A stretch of DNA of 64,000 nt from Mobula hypostoma (GCF_963921235.1 NC_086108.1:100318001-100382000), one strand, 5' to 3'; positions 51,387-63,584 are shown, counted from the stretch's first letter. Notes: generated by a model from the letters alone, not told the origin. Program-made: numbers and translations.

Positions 51387-51696
51387 AAAAAAAAGGCATC
51401 TGTTAGTCTTGCGAGACCATGGATCTGCATCTGGAAAGTCTTCACTCTCCAGGGCGCAGGACTGGGCAAGGTTGTATGGAAGACCAGCAGTTGCCCATGC
51501 TGCAAGTCTCCCCTCTCCACGCCACCGATGTTGTCCAAGGGAAGGGCAAGGCCGATACAGCTTGGCACCGGTGTCGTCACAGAGCAATGTGTGGTTAAGT
51601 GCCTTGCTCAAGGACACAACATGCTGCCTTGGCTGGGGCTCGAACTCACGACCTTCGGATCGTTAGTTGAATGCCTTAACCACTTGGCCATGTGCC
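51387..51696 (-). mobile_element. tRNA-derived SINE, apparently full length
   Basis: Minus strand A-box TGGCCAAGTGG, B-box GAGTTCGAGCC, then GTGTCCTTGAGCAAGGCACTTAAC body and a T-run end. Confidence 0.8.
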
Positions 51697-51959
51697 AAGG
51701 ACTATTAAATGGTCCTCTAATAAACAAGATGCTCTTGACCTCAATGTACCTCGTTTGGTCTCCCACCCTACTATCTACCTGTACTGTCATTTCTCTGTAA
51801 CTGTACACTTTACTCTGCATTATGTTATTGTTTTCCCTTGTTCGACCTCAATGCACTGATGTGATGACTTGATCTGTATGTAGAACAGAGTTTTTCCCTG
51901 TGAAAATAATAAACAATGTTGGTAATCCCACTTGACCATCATTTATTTCCCCATGTGAA

Positions 51960-52125
51960 GTGGGTGACACAGTAGCATAGCAGTTAGTGTAACACAATTA
52001 CAGTGCCAGTGATCACTGATCAAGGTTCAATTCCCACTGCTGCCTGTATGTAGTTTGTACATTTCCCCATGACCACATGGGTTTCCTCCGGGTGCTCCGG
52101 TTTCCTCCCACATTCCAAAAGACAT
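51960..52125 (+). mobile_element. V-SINE 5' part
   Basis: GGTTCAATTCCC B-box; GGGTTTCCTCCGGGTGCTCCGGTTTCCTCCCACATTCCAAAAGAC core. Confidence 0.72.
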
Positions 52126-53149
52126 TCAGGGTCTGTGGGAGAGGGACACACATTCAAGGACTCTTCATCTCATGTTCTCGATATTTATTGCTTATTTATT
52201 TATACTATTGTTATTGTTTCTTCTTTTTGCATCTGCACAGTTTGTTGTCTTCTGCACTCTGGTTGAAAGCGCTAGTCTGGCAGTCGTTCGCTGATTCTGC
52301 TATAGTTACTATTCTATAGATTTGTTGAGTCTGCCCACAAGAAAATGAATCTCAGGGCTGTATATGGTGATGTATACGTACTTTGATGATAAAATTTGCT
52401 GTGAACTTTCGCTGCTGTTGTTGCTACTGCTTGTGCTGTTCTGCTGAACATCGGAGACATGCCACGTTGGCCCCAGAGTTGTGGCAACGCCTGTGGGCTG
52501 CCCCCAGCACGATCCCTGCTGATTTTACTTTGACACATTTCACTGTTTGTTTCGATGTACACCTGACAAAATGAAGCTAATCATAATCCTTAGGTTCAAC
52601 TCCTGGCTTCAGTCTGACATTTCTAAACGAGTTCAGCGGCAGGTGAGCTTGTTACTTTCCCCAACTGGGTTAAACAGAAAAAAAAGCTTTGCTTCTGAAA
52701 AAATTGTAGGAGATGTCACTTTGTGAAGTGACAGGACTTAAAGTACCTTTAACATGAAGCAGCTACTGTACTTCTGGGTATCTCCCTGAGGAGAACAACA
52801 TCATATTAGAGAATGCATGTTGTTGCCACTTCCTGCTTATAGCCACTTCTCTCGCTGGCAAATTGAAGGCAGCAGTGACAGGAATCCACTCGAGCATTAC
52901 TAAGTGTTCCAGTGAGAGAGCAAAGGTTTTTTTTTCCTGCAGTACTACCCCGTCACATCACTTCTGCTCAGACTTTTTAAACTACAGAATGACAAATCAA
53001 TTCTGTGTCGTTCTCTAGCACAGCAGCCATCAGAACCACTTTAGTGGAAATACAGGGCTCCCTCGAACAGATGTAAGATGTGAAGACCAGGCAGAGAATC
53101 ACACAGTGATACAGAGTGCGGTCACAGGCTTGTTCCACCTCTTTGACCG

Positions 53150-53650
53150 CAATGTTCAATCGACAAAGATTCTAGCAAATTTCTACAGATGTACGGTGGA
53201 GAGCATTCCGACCGGTTGCATTGCTGCCTGGAACGGAGTCAGAAATACACAGGATCAGACAAAGCTGCAGAGGGCTGTAGACTCAGACATCTCCATCATC
53301 GGCACCAGCCTCCCCACTATCGAGGGCATCTTCAATAGACAATGCCTTTTAAAAGTAGCATCTATCGTTAAGGATTCCCACCACCCTGGACATGTCTTCT
53401 TCTCATTACCGCCATCAGGGAGGTGGTACAGGAGCCCTGAAGGCTCTTATCCTTTCAGGAACAGCTTCTTTCCCTCCGCCATCAGATTTCTGTACAGCCC
53501 ATGAACACTACCTCACTGTCTTGCTCTCTTTTTGAATTCCTTATTAATTTTTTATATTTCTCACTGTAACTGATCGTATATGTTATGTATTGTACTGTAA
53601 AACAGCAAGTTTCACGACATATGTTAATGATAATAAAAGGTGATTTTACT
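53150..53650 (+). mobile_element. Rex1/Babar-type LINE 3' fragment
   Basis: LANFYRCTVESIPTGCIAAW...HPGHVFFSLPPSGR...NSFFPSAIRFL. Confidence 0.72.
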
Positions 53651-54884
53651 TCAGTCCCAATCTTTATCATGGCCCTGATCTATTGCCTGCACTTGGCATA
53701 ATGTGTACAGTCTTGGTCATGTAAAGAAAAACATTATTAAGTTGGAAAGAGTGCTGACAAGACTTACAAGAATGCTGCCTAAACTCAAGGTCCGGAATTA
53801 AAGAGAGAGTTTGGGTAGCAAGGACCTCGACTGTAGGAAATTGAGGGGTGAGCTTATAAAATTATGAGGGTCATAGATAGGGTGAAAGCACACAGTACTT
53901 TCCCGAGGAAGAGGAACCAAAAACTAGAGGGTATAGATTTAATATAAGAGGAGAAAGATTTAAAAGGGACCTGCATGACAATTTCTTTATTCAGAGTCTG
54001 GGGTGTATATGGAAGAAGCTACCAAAGAAAGTAGTTGACAGTAGTTAAAAACCAGCCACCTTAACCAATTCCCCTGGCAGCTCATTTCAGGTACTCACTA
54101 CACTCTGTGGAAAGAAGTTGCCTCTCAGTTGTCCTTTTAATCTCTCACCCCTCTTACATTGTATCTGCGCCCTCGAAAAGACCATAACCATCCAGCCTAT
54201 CCATATTCTTCACAAGAAAGACTCTTATTCCACAAGATCCTCCAGAACCACTGGCAGGATAGAGGAATCATTGTCAGTGTCTTCCCTCACCAGTTTCAAA
54301 GTTCTCATTCCATTCAGTCATCTTCAAAATGAAGGTCACATTGTTCACAAGTCTGACATCCGGCTACTGAAACATACTCTATCCTGAGCTCCAGCATGGG
54401 AATATTCAGGAGGTTCTTCAAACTTTCTTGAAGTCTAACATTCCCACTCTCTCATATGAAACCCTGGTCATATCCAGTTAAAATAGATACATCAGGGACG
54501 TTTAAGAAACACTTCGATAGGCAATATGGATGATAGTAAAATGGAGGGCTATATAGGAGGGAAGGCTAGATTGATCTTCGTGTAGGTTATAAGGTCGGCT
54601 GAAGATTATGGGCCAAAGGGCCTGTACTGTGCTGTAACGTTTTGTTCTATGTTCTATATTCTCTGTCAGAATCATACTCTGCAGAGCTCTGGGTTAGGCA
54701 GTTCCAAAGATGTATTACCCTTTGAGTGAAGAAGTTCCCTCTCAGCTCTTTGCTGAATGGCTAAACTCTCATTTAGAGATGACACACCCCGGCAATGGAA
54801 AGGTCAACTCTATATCTAGCCTATCAAGCCCTGTGAGAATTTAAGTAGGTTTTGACAATATCACCTCTCAGTGTCACAAGCACT

Positions 54885-55120
54885 AAAAAATCTGCAGATG
54901 CTGGAAATCCAAAGCAAAACACACAAAATGCTGGAGGAACTCAGCAGAGTCAGGCATCTATGGAAAAGAGTAAAGAGCCAATGTTTCAGGCCGAGACACT
55001 TCATCAGGACTGGAAAGAAAGGGGAGATGTCAGAGTTCAGACTTCTCCCCTTCCTTTCCAGTTTTGATGAAGGGTCTCGGCCCAAAACATTGACTGTTTA
55101 CTCTTTTCCATCGATGCTGC
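54885..55120. repeat. Inverted dimer of the Penelope terminal module
   Basis: CTGGAAAGAAAGGGGAGA (~55010) and TCTCCCCTTCCTTTCCAG (~55045) form the inner stem; a hammerhead-derived segment lies on each arm. Confidence 0.78.
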
Positions 55121-55829
55121 TTCACTTCTCAGTGTTCATAATTAAAGATTAGCATTATTTGTCACATGTACATTGAAACATGCAGTGAAGTCATCTGAGA
55201 CAGAAGGTCATGGCTTCAAGTCAATGACCCGCTAACCTTCACAATGTAGCCTCTGCAGTAAACAGCCTTAAGGAGCATTGCTTCCAGTGGGACTGTATGC
55301 CACCTACTGAGAAGGTGAGGAAATAGTTCTTTAAGAAAAAATAGAATTCCTTCTTTTAACAATAAGCTCCGGTTTCCTTTTTGCGCTTTAGATCTTTTGA
55401 AAAGTCTATGGAGGAACACAGCTTGTCTCTTTTTAAAATTTCCCACAAAATTTTTGTAACATCTCACTCTACAGCTGGGCTAAAGGAAAATAATGTTAAA
55501 CAGCCACTTTACCCTGGAATGACCACCTGCAGCCCACCGCAGACACTGTGACCTTGCAGGTATTTGGTTTCAGGCCCAATCAGTCAACACAAGCACTAGG
55601 CCTGAAGAAGTTTTGCCTAACAAAAGCTTATTTAGATGATTAAAGAACAGGAGGGGAACTTCCCTCTGATGTAGACTTTATACTAAAGATGAAGACTAAA
55701 GATTAGCTTTATTTGTTACATGGACATCAAAACATGCAGTGAAATATGACTTTTCAAATTAGTGAGGATTGTCCTGGGGGCAGCCCACAAATGTTGCCAT
55801 GCTTCCAGTGCCAACATAGCATACCTTAT

Positions 55830-56205
55830 CTCCTTACCTGCCCATCACCTCCCTCTGGTACTCCTCCTCCTTTCCTTTTTTCCATCGTCCTCTATCCTCT
55901 CAAAAAAGACCCCACCTTCTGCAGCCCTTCATCTCTTTCACCGAACAACTTCCCAGCTCTTTACTTCAACCCCTCACCCTCTGCTGGTTTCACCCATCAC
56001 CTGCCCCCTTGTACTTCTTCCTTTTCTCCCTCTCCCCCGCTCTCTTACTTTGACTTCTCCCCTTCCTTTCCAGTTCCAAAGAAAGGTCTCATCCCTAAAA
56101 GTCGACTGTACTCTTTTCCATAGACGCTGCCTGGCCTGCTGAGTTCCTCCAGCATTTTGTGTTTCTTGCTTGGATTTTCAGCACCTGCAGGTTTTCTCTT
56201 GTTTG
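55830..56205 (+). mobile_element. Penelope-derived 3' terminal fragment
   Basis: Pyrimidine-rich 3' UTR, then GTCGACTGTACTCTTTTCCATAGACGCTGCCTGGCCTGCTGAGTTCCTCCAGC. Confidence 0.7.
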
Positions 56206-56340
56206 TGTAGCATACCTACAACTCACTAACCCTAATCCATACATCTTTGGATTGAGAGAAGAATCTGGAGCTCTCAGAGGAAACCCATGTGGTCACGGGG
56301 AAAACATACAAGCCCCTTAAAGACAGTGGTGAGATTTAAA

Positions 56341-56512
56341 ACAACACACACCAAAATGCTGGAGGAACTCAGCAGGCCAGGCAGCATCTATGGAAAAGTC
56401 TCGTCTCGGTTCGAAATGTCGACTGTACTCTTTTCCATAGATGCTGTCTGGCCTGCTGAGTTCCTCCAGCATTTTTTGTGTTGCTTGGATTTCAAGCACT
56501 GCAGATTTTCTC
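56341..56512. repeat. Inverted dimer of the Penelope terminal module (near-perfect hairpin)
   Basis: 46-bp arms 56353-56398 and 56430-56475 with one mismatch; the spacer holds half a hammerhead (GAAATGTCGACT). Confidence 0.85.
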
Positions 56513-56944
56513 TTGTTGGTGAGAATTAAATCTCAGACTTACAACGACTTGTAGCTGCAATAGATCTTGGGAGATATTTCTTTAGTTATTTCATGCTCTC
56601 AATATTTATTGCTTATTTGTTTATTATTAGTACTCTTTTTTTTGTAATTGCACTGTTTGTTGTCTTTTGGACTCAGGTTGTCAGTCCTGTTGGGTGCACT
56701 CTTTCATTGATTCTATTGTGTTTCTTGGATTTACTGATACGTTCACAAGAAAATGAATCTCAGGGTTGTATATGGTGACATATATGTACTTTGAACTTTT
56801 AATTCAACCATTTGGCATTTGTTACTTTACTATTAGTGATATCTTGCTTTCGTTAAACCCTAATCCAACTTTCAAGATTTCAGGACAATCTTAAAACAAC
56901 AAAGCATGCTTTAACAACATTGAGCAGCTTTGTTCCATCTGTCA

Positions 56945-57530
56945 CAGCAGGCATGATTTCCCGGTGGCTAACCATTTTAATTCTACTTCCCCTTCCCATT
57001 CTGACACGTTGGTTTATGGTTTCCTCTACTGCCATGATGAGGCCACTTTCAGCTTGGAGAAGCGACACTTTATATTCCATTGGGTTAGCCTCCAACCTGA
57101 TGACATGAACATTGATTTCTCTAACTTTTGGTAATATCTCCTCCTTTCCACTTCTCTCTTTTTTCATTCTCCATTCTGGCTCCCCTCTTACCCATTCTCA
57201 TTCCTCCTCTGGTGTCCCTTCTTCCCGTTCTCCCATGGTTCACTCTCCTTTCTTATCAGATTCCCTCATCTTCAGCCCTTCATCTCTTCCACCTATCACC
57301 TCCCAGTTTCTCACCTCAGCCCCTTCCTCACCCACCTACCTTCCCACTCACCTGGCTTCATGCATCCCCTGCCAGCTTGTACTCCTTCCCCTCCCCCCAA
57401 ACTTCTTATTTTGGTTTCTTTCTCCTTCCTTTCCAGTCCAGATGAAGAGCCTGGGCCAAACTGTTGACTGATTATTCCTCTCCATAGTTGCTGCCTGACC
57501 TGCTGACTTCCTCCAGCATTTTGTGTTTGC
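56945..57530 (+). mobile_element. Older Penelope-like copy (degenerate GIY-YIG end plus 3' repeat)
   Basis: Diverged match to 61350-61918 (CATTTTAATTC...GCCTCCAACCTGATG..ATGAACATTGA). Confidence 0.78.
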
Positions 57531-57850
57531 CAAAGCACCGCTGTAATATTTTCTCTGACAAGCAATGCAACACCTCCCCCTCTTGCCCCTCTGATTCTAT
57601 CACACCTGAAGCAACGAAATCCAGGAATATTTAGTTGCCAATCACACCCCTCCTGCAACCACGTTTCACTAATAGCTACAACATCGTATTTCCAGGTATC
57701 AATCCATGCTCTAAGCTCATCCACCTTTCTTACTATGCTCCTAGCATTAAAATAGATGCATTTAAGAAACTCTCCACCTCCTACTCTCTGTTTATCCTTA
57801 ATGGAGCAAACAACATTGTTATCTTTTTCTTCCTTGTCCCCAACATCTTC
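57531..57850 (-). mobile_element. CR1 ORF2 N-terminal APE endonuclease fragment
   Basis: LKCIYFNARSIVRKVDEL...DVVAISETWL...RCDR...GGGVALLV. Confidence 0.85.
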
Positions 57851-57879
57851 CGTCTGAATGCTCCTCCTCTTTTGTGCGT

Positions 57880-58410
57880 GGAAGGTCATATTTGACAAAT
57901 CTTATTGAATTTTTTAATGAGGTTACTAAGAAAGTTGACGAGGGTAAAGCGGTGGATGTTGTCTATACGGACTTCAGTAAGGCCTTTGACAAAGTTTCAC
58001 AAGGAAGGTTCAATCTTTAGGCATTAATATCGAAGTAGTAAAATGGATTCAGCAGTGGCTAGATGGGAGACACCAGAGAGTAGTGGTGGATAACTGTGTG
58101 TCAGATTGGAGGATGGTGTCTAGTGGTGTGCCTCAGGGATCTGTACTGGGTCCAGTGTTGTTTGTCATATATATTAATGACCTGGATGATGGGGTGGTAA
58201 ATTGGACTAGTAAGTATGCAGATGATACTAAGATAGGTGGCGTTGTGGATAATGAAGTGGGTTTTCGAAGCCTGCAGAGAGATTTAGGCCAGTTGGAAGA
58301 GTGGGCTGAAAGATGGCAGATGGAGTTTAATGCTGAAAAGTGTGAGGTGCTACATTTTGGTAGGACTAATCAAAATAGGACATACATGGTAAATGGTAGG
58401 GCATTGAAGA
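57880..58410 (+). mobile_element. CR1 ORF2 RT fragment
   Basis: SGVPQGSVLGP, KYADDTKIGG and WQMEFNAEKCEV. Confidence 0.88.
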
Positions 58411-58421
58411 AACTGTCGTCG

Positions 58422-58457
58422 AGTCCTGACGAAGGTTTCCGGCCTGAAACTTTGACT
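58422..58457 (+). ncRNA. Minimal hammerhead ribozyme variant in a short Penelope-derived module
   Basis: AGUC-CUGACGA-AGGUUUCCGGCCU-GAAA-CU-UU-GACU; stems I and II and the core boxes are intact, but the ACGU palindrome is broken. Confidence 0.6.
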
Positions 58458-58596
58458 GATCGTTTCCACGGATGTTGCCTGACCTGCTGAGTTCCTCCAG
58501 CGTGTTGTGAGTATAGGAGGAGTGACAGAGGTAGGTTCTTTACACAGAGAGTGATGGGTGCATGGAACACTCTGTCATGGGTGGTGGTAGAGACAG

Positions 58597-60262
58597 ATAA
58601 GACCATAAGACACAGGAGCAGAATTAGGCCTTTTGGCCCACCAAGTCTGCTCCATCATTCAATCATAGCTGATCCTTTTTTCCCCTTCTCAACCCCATTC
58701 CCCAGTTCCCCAGCCTTCTTCCCTGTATCCGTTGATGCTGTGTCTAATCAAGAACCTATCAATCTCTGCCTCATATACACCCAACAACCTGGCCTCCACA
58801 GCTGCCCGTGGTAACAAATTTCACAAATTCATCATGCCGTGGCTAAAGAAATTTCTCCACATCTCTGTTTTAAATGTACGTCCCTCTATCCTGAGGCTGT
58901 GCCCTCTTGCCTTGACTCCCACACAACGGGAAACATCCTTTCAACATCTTTCTGTTTAGGCCTTTCAACATTCGAAAGGTTTCAATGAGAATCCCCCCAT
59001 CATCCTTCTATATTCCAGCGAGTACAGACCCAGAGCCATCAAACGTTCCTCATATGATAACCCTTTCATTCCCCAAATCATCCTTGTGAACCTCTTCTGA
59101 ACCCTCTCCAATGCCAGCACATCTCTTCTTAGATGAAGAGCCCAAAACTGTTCACAATACTCTAGGTGAGGCCTTACCAGTGCCTTGTAAAGCCTCAGCA
59201 TCACATCCCTGCTCTTGTATTCTCAACATTTTGAAGTGAATGCTAGTATTGCATTTGCCTTCCTCAACACTGACTCAACCTGCAAGTTAACCTTTAGAGT
59301 GTTCTGCACAAGGACTCCCAAGTCCCTTTGCATCTCAGATTTTTGGATTTTCTCCACATTTAGAAAGTAATCTGCACATTTATTTCTACTACCAAAATGC
59401 ATCACATGCATTTTCCAACATTGTGTTTCATTTGAACATTTTTTGCCCACTCTTCTAATCTATCCTTCTGCAGCCTACCAATTTCCTCAGCACTACCTGC
59501 CCCTCCACCAACCTTTGTATCATCTGCAAACTTGGCAACAAAGCCATCTATTCCATCATCTAAATCATTGATATACAGCACTAAAAGCAGTCCCAACACC
59601 GGCCCCTGCGGAGCACCACTGGTCACTGGCAGCCAACCAGAAAAGGATCCTTTTATTCACACTCACTACCTCCTCTCAGCCAATGCTCTAACCATGCCAG
59701 TAACTTTCCTCATGTGTGGCACCTTGTCAAAGGCTTTCTGAAAGTCCAAATATACAACATCCACTACGTCCCCTTTATCTATCCTACTTGTAATCTCCTC
59801 AAAGAATACTAATAGGTTCGTCAGGCAAGATTTTCTTAACGAAACCCTGCTGACTTTGTCCTGGCTTCTTGTGTCACGAAGTACTCCATAACCTCATCCT
59901 TAACAATTGACTCCATCTTCTTCCCAGCCTCTGAGGTCAGGCTAACTGGTCTATAATTTCCTTCCTACTACCTTCCACCTTTCTTAAAGAGTGGAGTGAC
60001 ATTTGCAATTTTCTAATCATCTGGCACCATACCAGTGTCCAATGACTCTTGAAAGATCATTATTAATGCCTTCACAATCTCTACTGCTACCTCTTTCAGA
60101 ACCCTAGGGTGCAGTTCGTCCGGTCCGGGTGACTTGTGTACCCTTAGGTCTTTGTTTTCTGAGCACCTTCTTCCATGTAATAGTAACTGCATTCACTTCT
60201 CCTCCCTTGCACCCTTCAACATCTGGTACACTGCTGGTGTCTTCCACACTGAAGAGTGATGC
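58597..60262 (-). mobile_element. CR1-clade LINE, degenerate, 5'-truncated
   Basis: AKFADDTKVGG and VRPHLEYCEQFW fragments; (ATAAGACC)n tail. Confidence 0.88.
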
Positions 60263-60726
60263 ATTAGGGTCATTCAAGAACTTTTAATAGGTACCCAAAT
60301 TACATAGAAATGAAGGGCTATTTAATTCAATTCACTTTATTTTCTGTGAGAAGTTTGTTTGTGCAATGGTAAGGGCAGCATCACAGAGATTGGAATGGTT
60401 AGAGTGATAGTGAAGTAGGCTAAAAGATCATCACAACATTGCTGGCCGAAGGGCCTGTACTGTAGTGTAATGTTCTATGTTGTATGTTCTATGCAATGGT
60501 CTAATAAGGATAGACATCAAATATCAGCAGCATTCATATCCTGCCAATGAATAAATAATAATCTCTGCTAATCTTCTTCAACATAGTGTCATTGGTCCTT
60601 TTACATCCACTTGTGTGAGCAGACAGGGTTTCAGTCCCATCTGAAATGTCTGAAGATCTCTCTTGCAATCTGACAGGAGTGTTAACTAATTGACATACTG
60701 TGGAGAAGGAAAGAGTGAATCTAAGC

Positions 60727-60806
60727 CAGGGGCTCCCAAACTGGAATCTACGGACCCCCTCGGTTAATGGTAGGGGTCCATGTCATAGAAAGGTTGGGAA
60801 GTCCTG
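60727..60806. mobile_element. 80-bp hAT-type MITE
   Basis: TIRs CAGGGGCTCCCAAAC and GGTTGGGAAGTCCTG; perfect 8-bp TSD ATCTAAGC at 60719-60726 and 60807-60814. Confidence 0.85.
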
Positions 60807-60881
60807 ATCTAAGCCCTTGTATCCTCAACACAATTTTGAAGACCTCAGTATACTTCAAAGAATCTCAGAGACAACAAAGCA

Positions 60882-61918
60882 CATCTGCTCTCACTCCATC
60901 CTCCCGCCACCCCACTAGGAATAGGGTTCCCCTGGTCCTCACCTACCACCCCACCAGCCTCTGGGTCCAACATATTATTCTCCGTGACTCCAACGGGATC
61001 CCACCACTAGGCACATCTTTCCTCCCTCCCCCCCGCTTTCCGCAAGGATCGCTCCGTACGCGACTCCCTTGTCCATTCGTTCCCCCCATCCCTCCCCACT
61101 GATCTCCCTCCTGGCACTTATCCTGGTAAGCAGAACAAGTGCTACACATGCCCTTACACTTCTTCCCTTACCACCATTCAGGGCCCCAGACAGTACTTCC
61201 AGGTGAGGCAACACTTCACCTGTGAGTCGGCTGGGGTGATATACTGCGTCCGGTGCTACTGATGTGGCCTTCTATATATTGGCGAGACCCGACGCAGACT
61301 GGGAGATCGTTTTGCTGAACACCTACGCTCTGTCCGCCAGAGAAAGCAGGATCTCCCAGTGGCCACACATTTTAATTCCACATCCCATTCCCATTCTGAC
61401 ATGTCTATCCACGGCCTCCTCTACTGTAAAGATGAAGCCACACTCAGGTTGGAGGAACAACACCTTATATTCCGTCTGGGTAGCCTCCAACCTGATGGCA
61501 TGAACATTGACTTCTCTAACTTCCGCTAATACTCCACCTCCCCCTCGTACCCCATCTGTTATTTATATACACACATTCTTTCCCTCTCTCTCCTTTTTCT
61601 CCCTCTGTCCCTCTGACTATACCCCTTGCCCATCCTCTGGGTTTCCCCCCCTCCCCCTTTTCCTTCTCCCTGGGCCTCCTGTCCCATGATCCTCTCGTAT
61701 CCCTTTTGCCAATCACCTGTCCAGCTCTTGGCTCCATCCCTACCCCTCCTGTCTTCTCCTATCATTATGGATCCCCCCCCCCCTACTTTTAAATCTCTTA
61801 CTAGCTCTTTCTTCAGTTAGCCCTGACGAAGGGTCTCGGCCTGAAACGTCGACTGTACCTCCTCCTAGAGATGCTGCCTAGCCTGCTGCGTTCACCAGCA
61901 ACTTTGATGTGTGTTGCT
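60882..61918 (+). mobile_element. Penelope-like element, 5'-truncated, ORF disrupted
   Basis: Near-identical to 20180-21336 in reverse orientation; 7-bp TSD CAAAGCA at 60875-60881 and 61919-61925. Confidence 0.9.
61819..61854 (+). ncRNA. Minimal type I hammerhead ribozyme (intact core, one stem I mismatch)
   Basis: AGCC-CUGACGA-AGGGUCUCGGCCU-GAAA-CG-UC-GACU. Confidence 0.75.
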
Positions 61919-62029
61919 CAAAGCATATTTGAGATGTCACTACTTGTGGCTTTTGTATGATTGATATTACAACTGTAACAATACCTCAAAATATCTCAGA
62001 ATTTTTTTTACTTATTTATTTACTTTAGA

Positions 62030-62300
62030 AAAGCAGTGCAGACAGACACTTCTAGCTCTCTCCATCTCAACTCCTAGTAAACCTCCATCTTAACTCTATC
62101 CTAATCACAGGACAATTTACAATAACCAATTAACCTACTAACTGGTACATCTTTGGACTGTGGGAGGAAGCTGTAGCACCCAGAGGAAACGCAGACACTC
62201 ACAGGAAGAACGTACAAAATCCTTGAGGGATGGCAGAATTGAACTCCAGACTTCAGCGCCCTGAGCTGTAATAGCATCGTGCTAACCACTGCACCACCAT
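62030..62300 (-). mobile_element. tRNA-derived V-SINE
   Basis: Minus strand GGTGCAGTGGTTAGCAC head, GAGTTCAATTC B-box, TTCCTCCCACAGTCCAAAGA core. Confidence 0.72.
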
Positions 62301-62482
62301 GGAATTAGCATGATACAGAAGATGGAGTGCTACCATCCATATCAGCTAGCTATGCTAATAGTTAAAAGGCTGTACCAAGGAGCTAAAAGAACAGTCACCA
62401 TCCCCGCTGCAATGGTTACAGATTAGTGCTTCTGTATAAATAATTACACTATTAGTTACCATTAAATGTCGAAATTGAACTA

Positions 62483-63568
62483 GCATGCACCACTTGCACT
62501 GGCAGCTCATTCCACACTCTCCCCACCCTCCGAGCGAAGAAGTTTCCCCTCATGTTCCCTTAAACTTTTCACCTTTCACCCTTAGCCCATGATCTCTATA
62601 GTTGCAGTCCCACCCAACAAGAGGTCATGTGTTAAGGGTGACAAGGGGAGATATTTGTATTAATGAGCCATTCTACAGATGTACCTAATAAAGAGGCTAT
62701 TAAGTGTACAGCTCGAACTTACAGAAGGCATTGAGTGTATAGCTCGGCCTTACAATTTAAGAGCATTATGATGGCATATTTTAATCTCAGATCTGATCAT
62801 TCAGATTTCAGATTTATTTATCACATGTACGTTGAAACCCACAGTGAAATGCCCATTTCTGTTAACAAAGAATGTGCAACTGCTCAGAACTATTGCAGCT
62901 TTATGCAGAATTACTGAACTTTACAAATAAGGTTTAAAATCTGCCGCTTAGATTTTAGTTACATGACATTCCTTTAACATTTCATCAGATGTAACACTCT
63001 TCAGCTGCAATGAGTCCATTTAATAACAAATTATTTACTTGTTTTATTCATTTGGGTTAGAGAAAGGGACTTGCTTTGCTGTTGTTGGGTTTTCTTCTGT
63101 TATTGGTGCTGCTTGAGTAGTTTGGTGTTGTGTTGCTCTGCTGAACATTGTGGCCATGCTATGTTGACAATGGAATGTCTGACGACACCTACAGGCTGCC
63201 CCCAGCACATTTTTGGTTGTTAACGGAAACGGTACATTTCACTGTGGGTTTCGATGTACATGTGATAAATAAATCTGAAACATGAATAACCAGATCTGAG
63301 ATTAAAATATGCCATTGTAACGCTCTTAGCTTGAAAGGCCAAGCTATACACTCAATGTCTTCTTTATTGGGTACATCTGTACAACGGCTTATTAATGCAA
63401 ATATCTCCCCTTACTTCACCCTTAACCCATGACCTCCAGTTGGGGGGGACTACAACTGTAGAGGTTATGGGATAAGGGTGAAAGGTTTAAGGGGAATATG
63501 AGGGGAAAGTTCTTCACTCTGAGGGTGGTGAGAGTGTGAAACGAGCTGCCAGCACAGGTTTTGCATGC
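62483..63568. repeat. Long inverted repeat (arms ~62483-62868 and ~63217-63568)
   Basis: For example ATGGCATATTTTAATCTCAGATCTG vs CAGATCTGAGATTAAAATATGCCAT, and ATTTATTTATCACATGTAC vs GTACATGTGATAAATAAAT; homology crosses several repeat junctions. Confidence 0.85.
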
Positions 63569-63584
63569 AAAACTTGATCTCAAC

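Noticed and set aside
51630..51696. Possible tRNA gene
   Set aside because: The tRNA-like head runs straight into a SINE body; treated as a SINE head.
57311..57898. 195-aa ORF as a novel fusion protein
   Set aside because: Chance read-through from a CR1 endonuclease fragment into an antisense PLE module.
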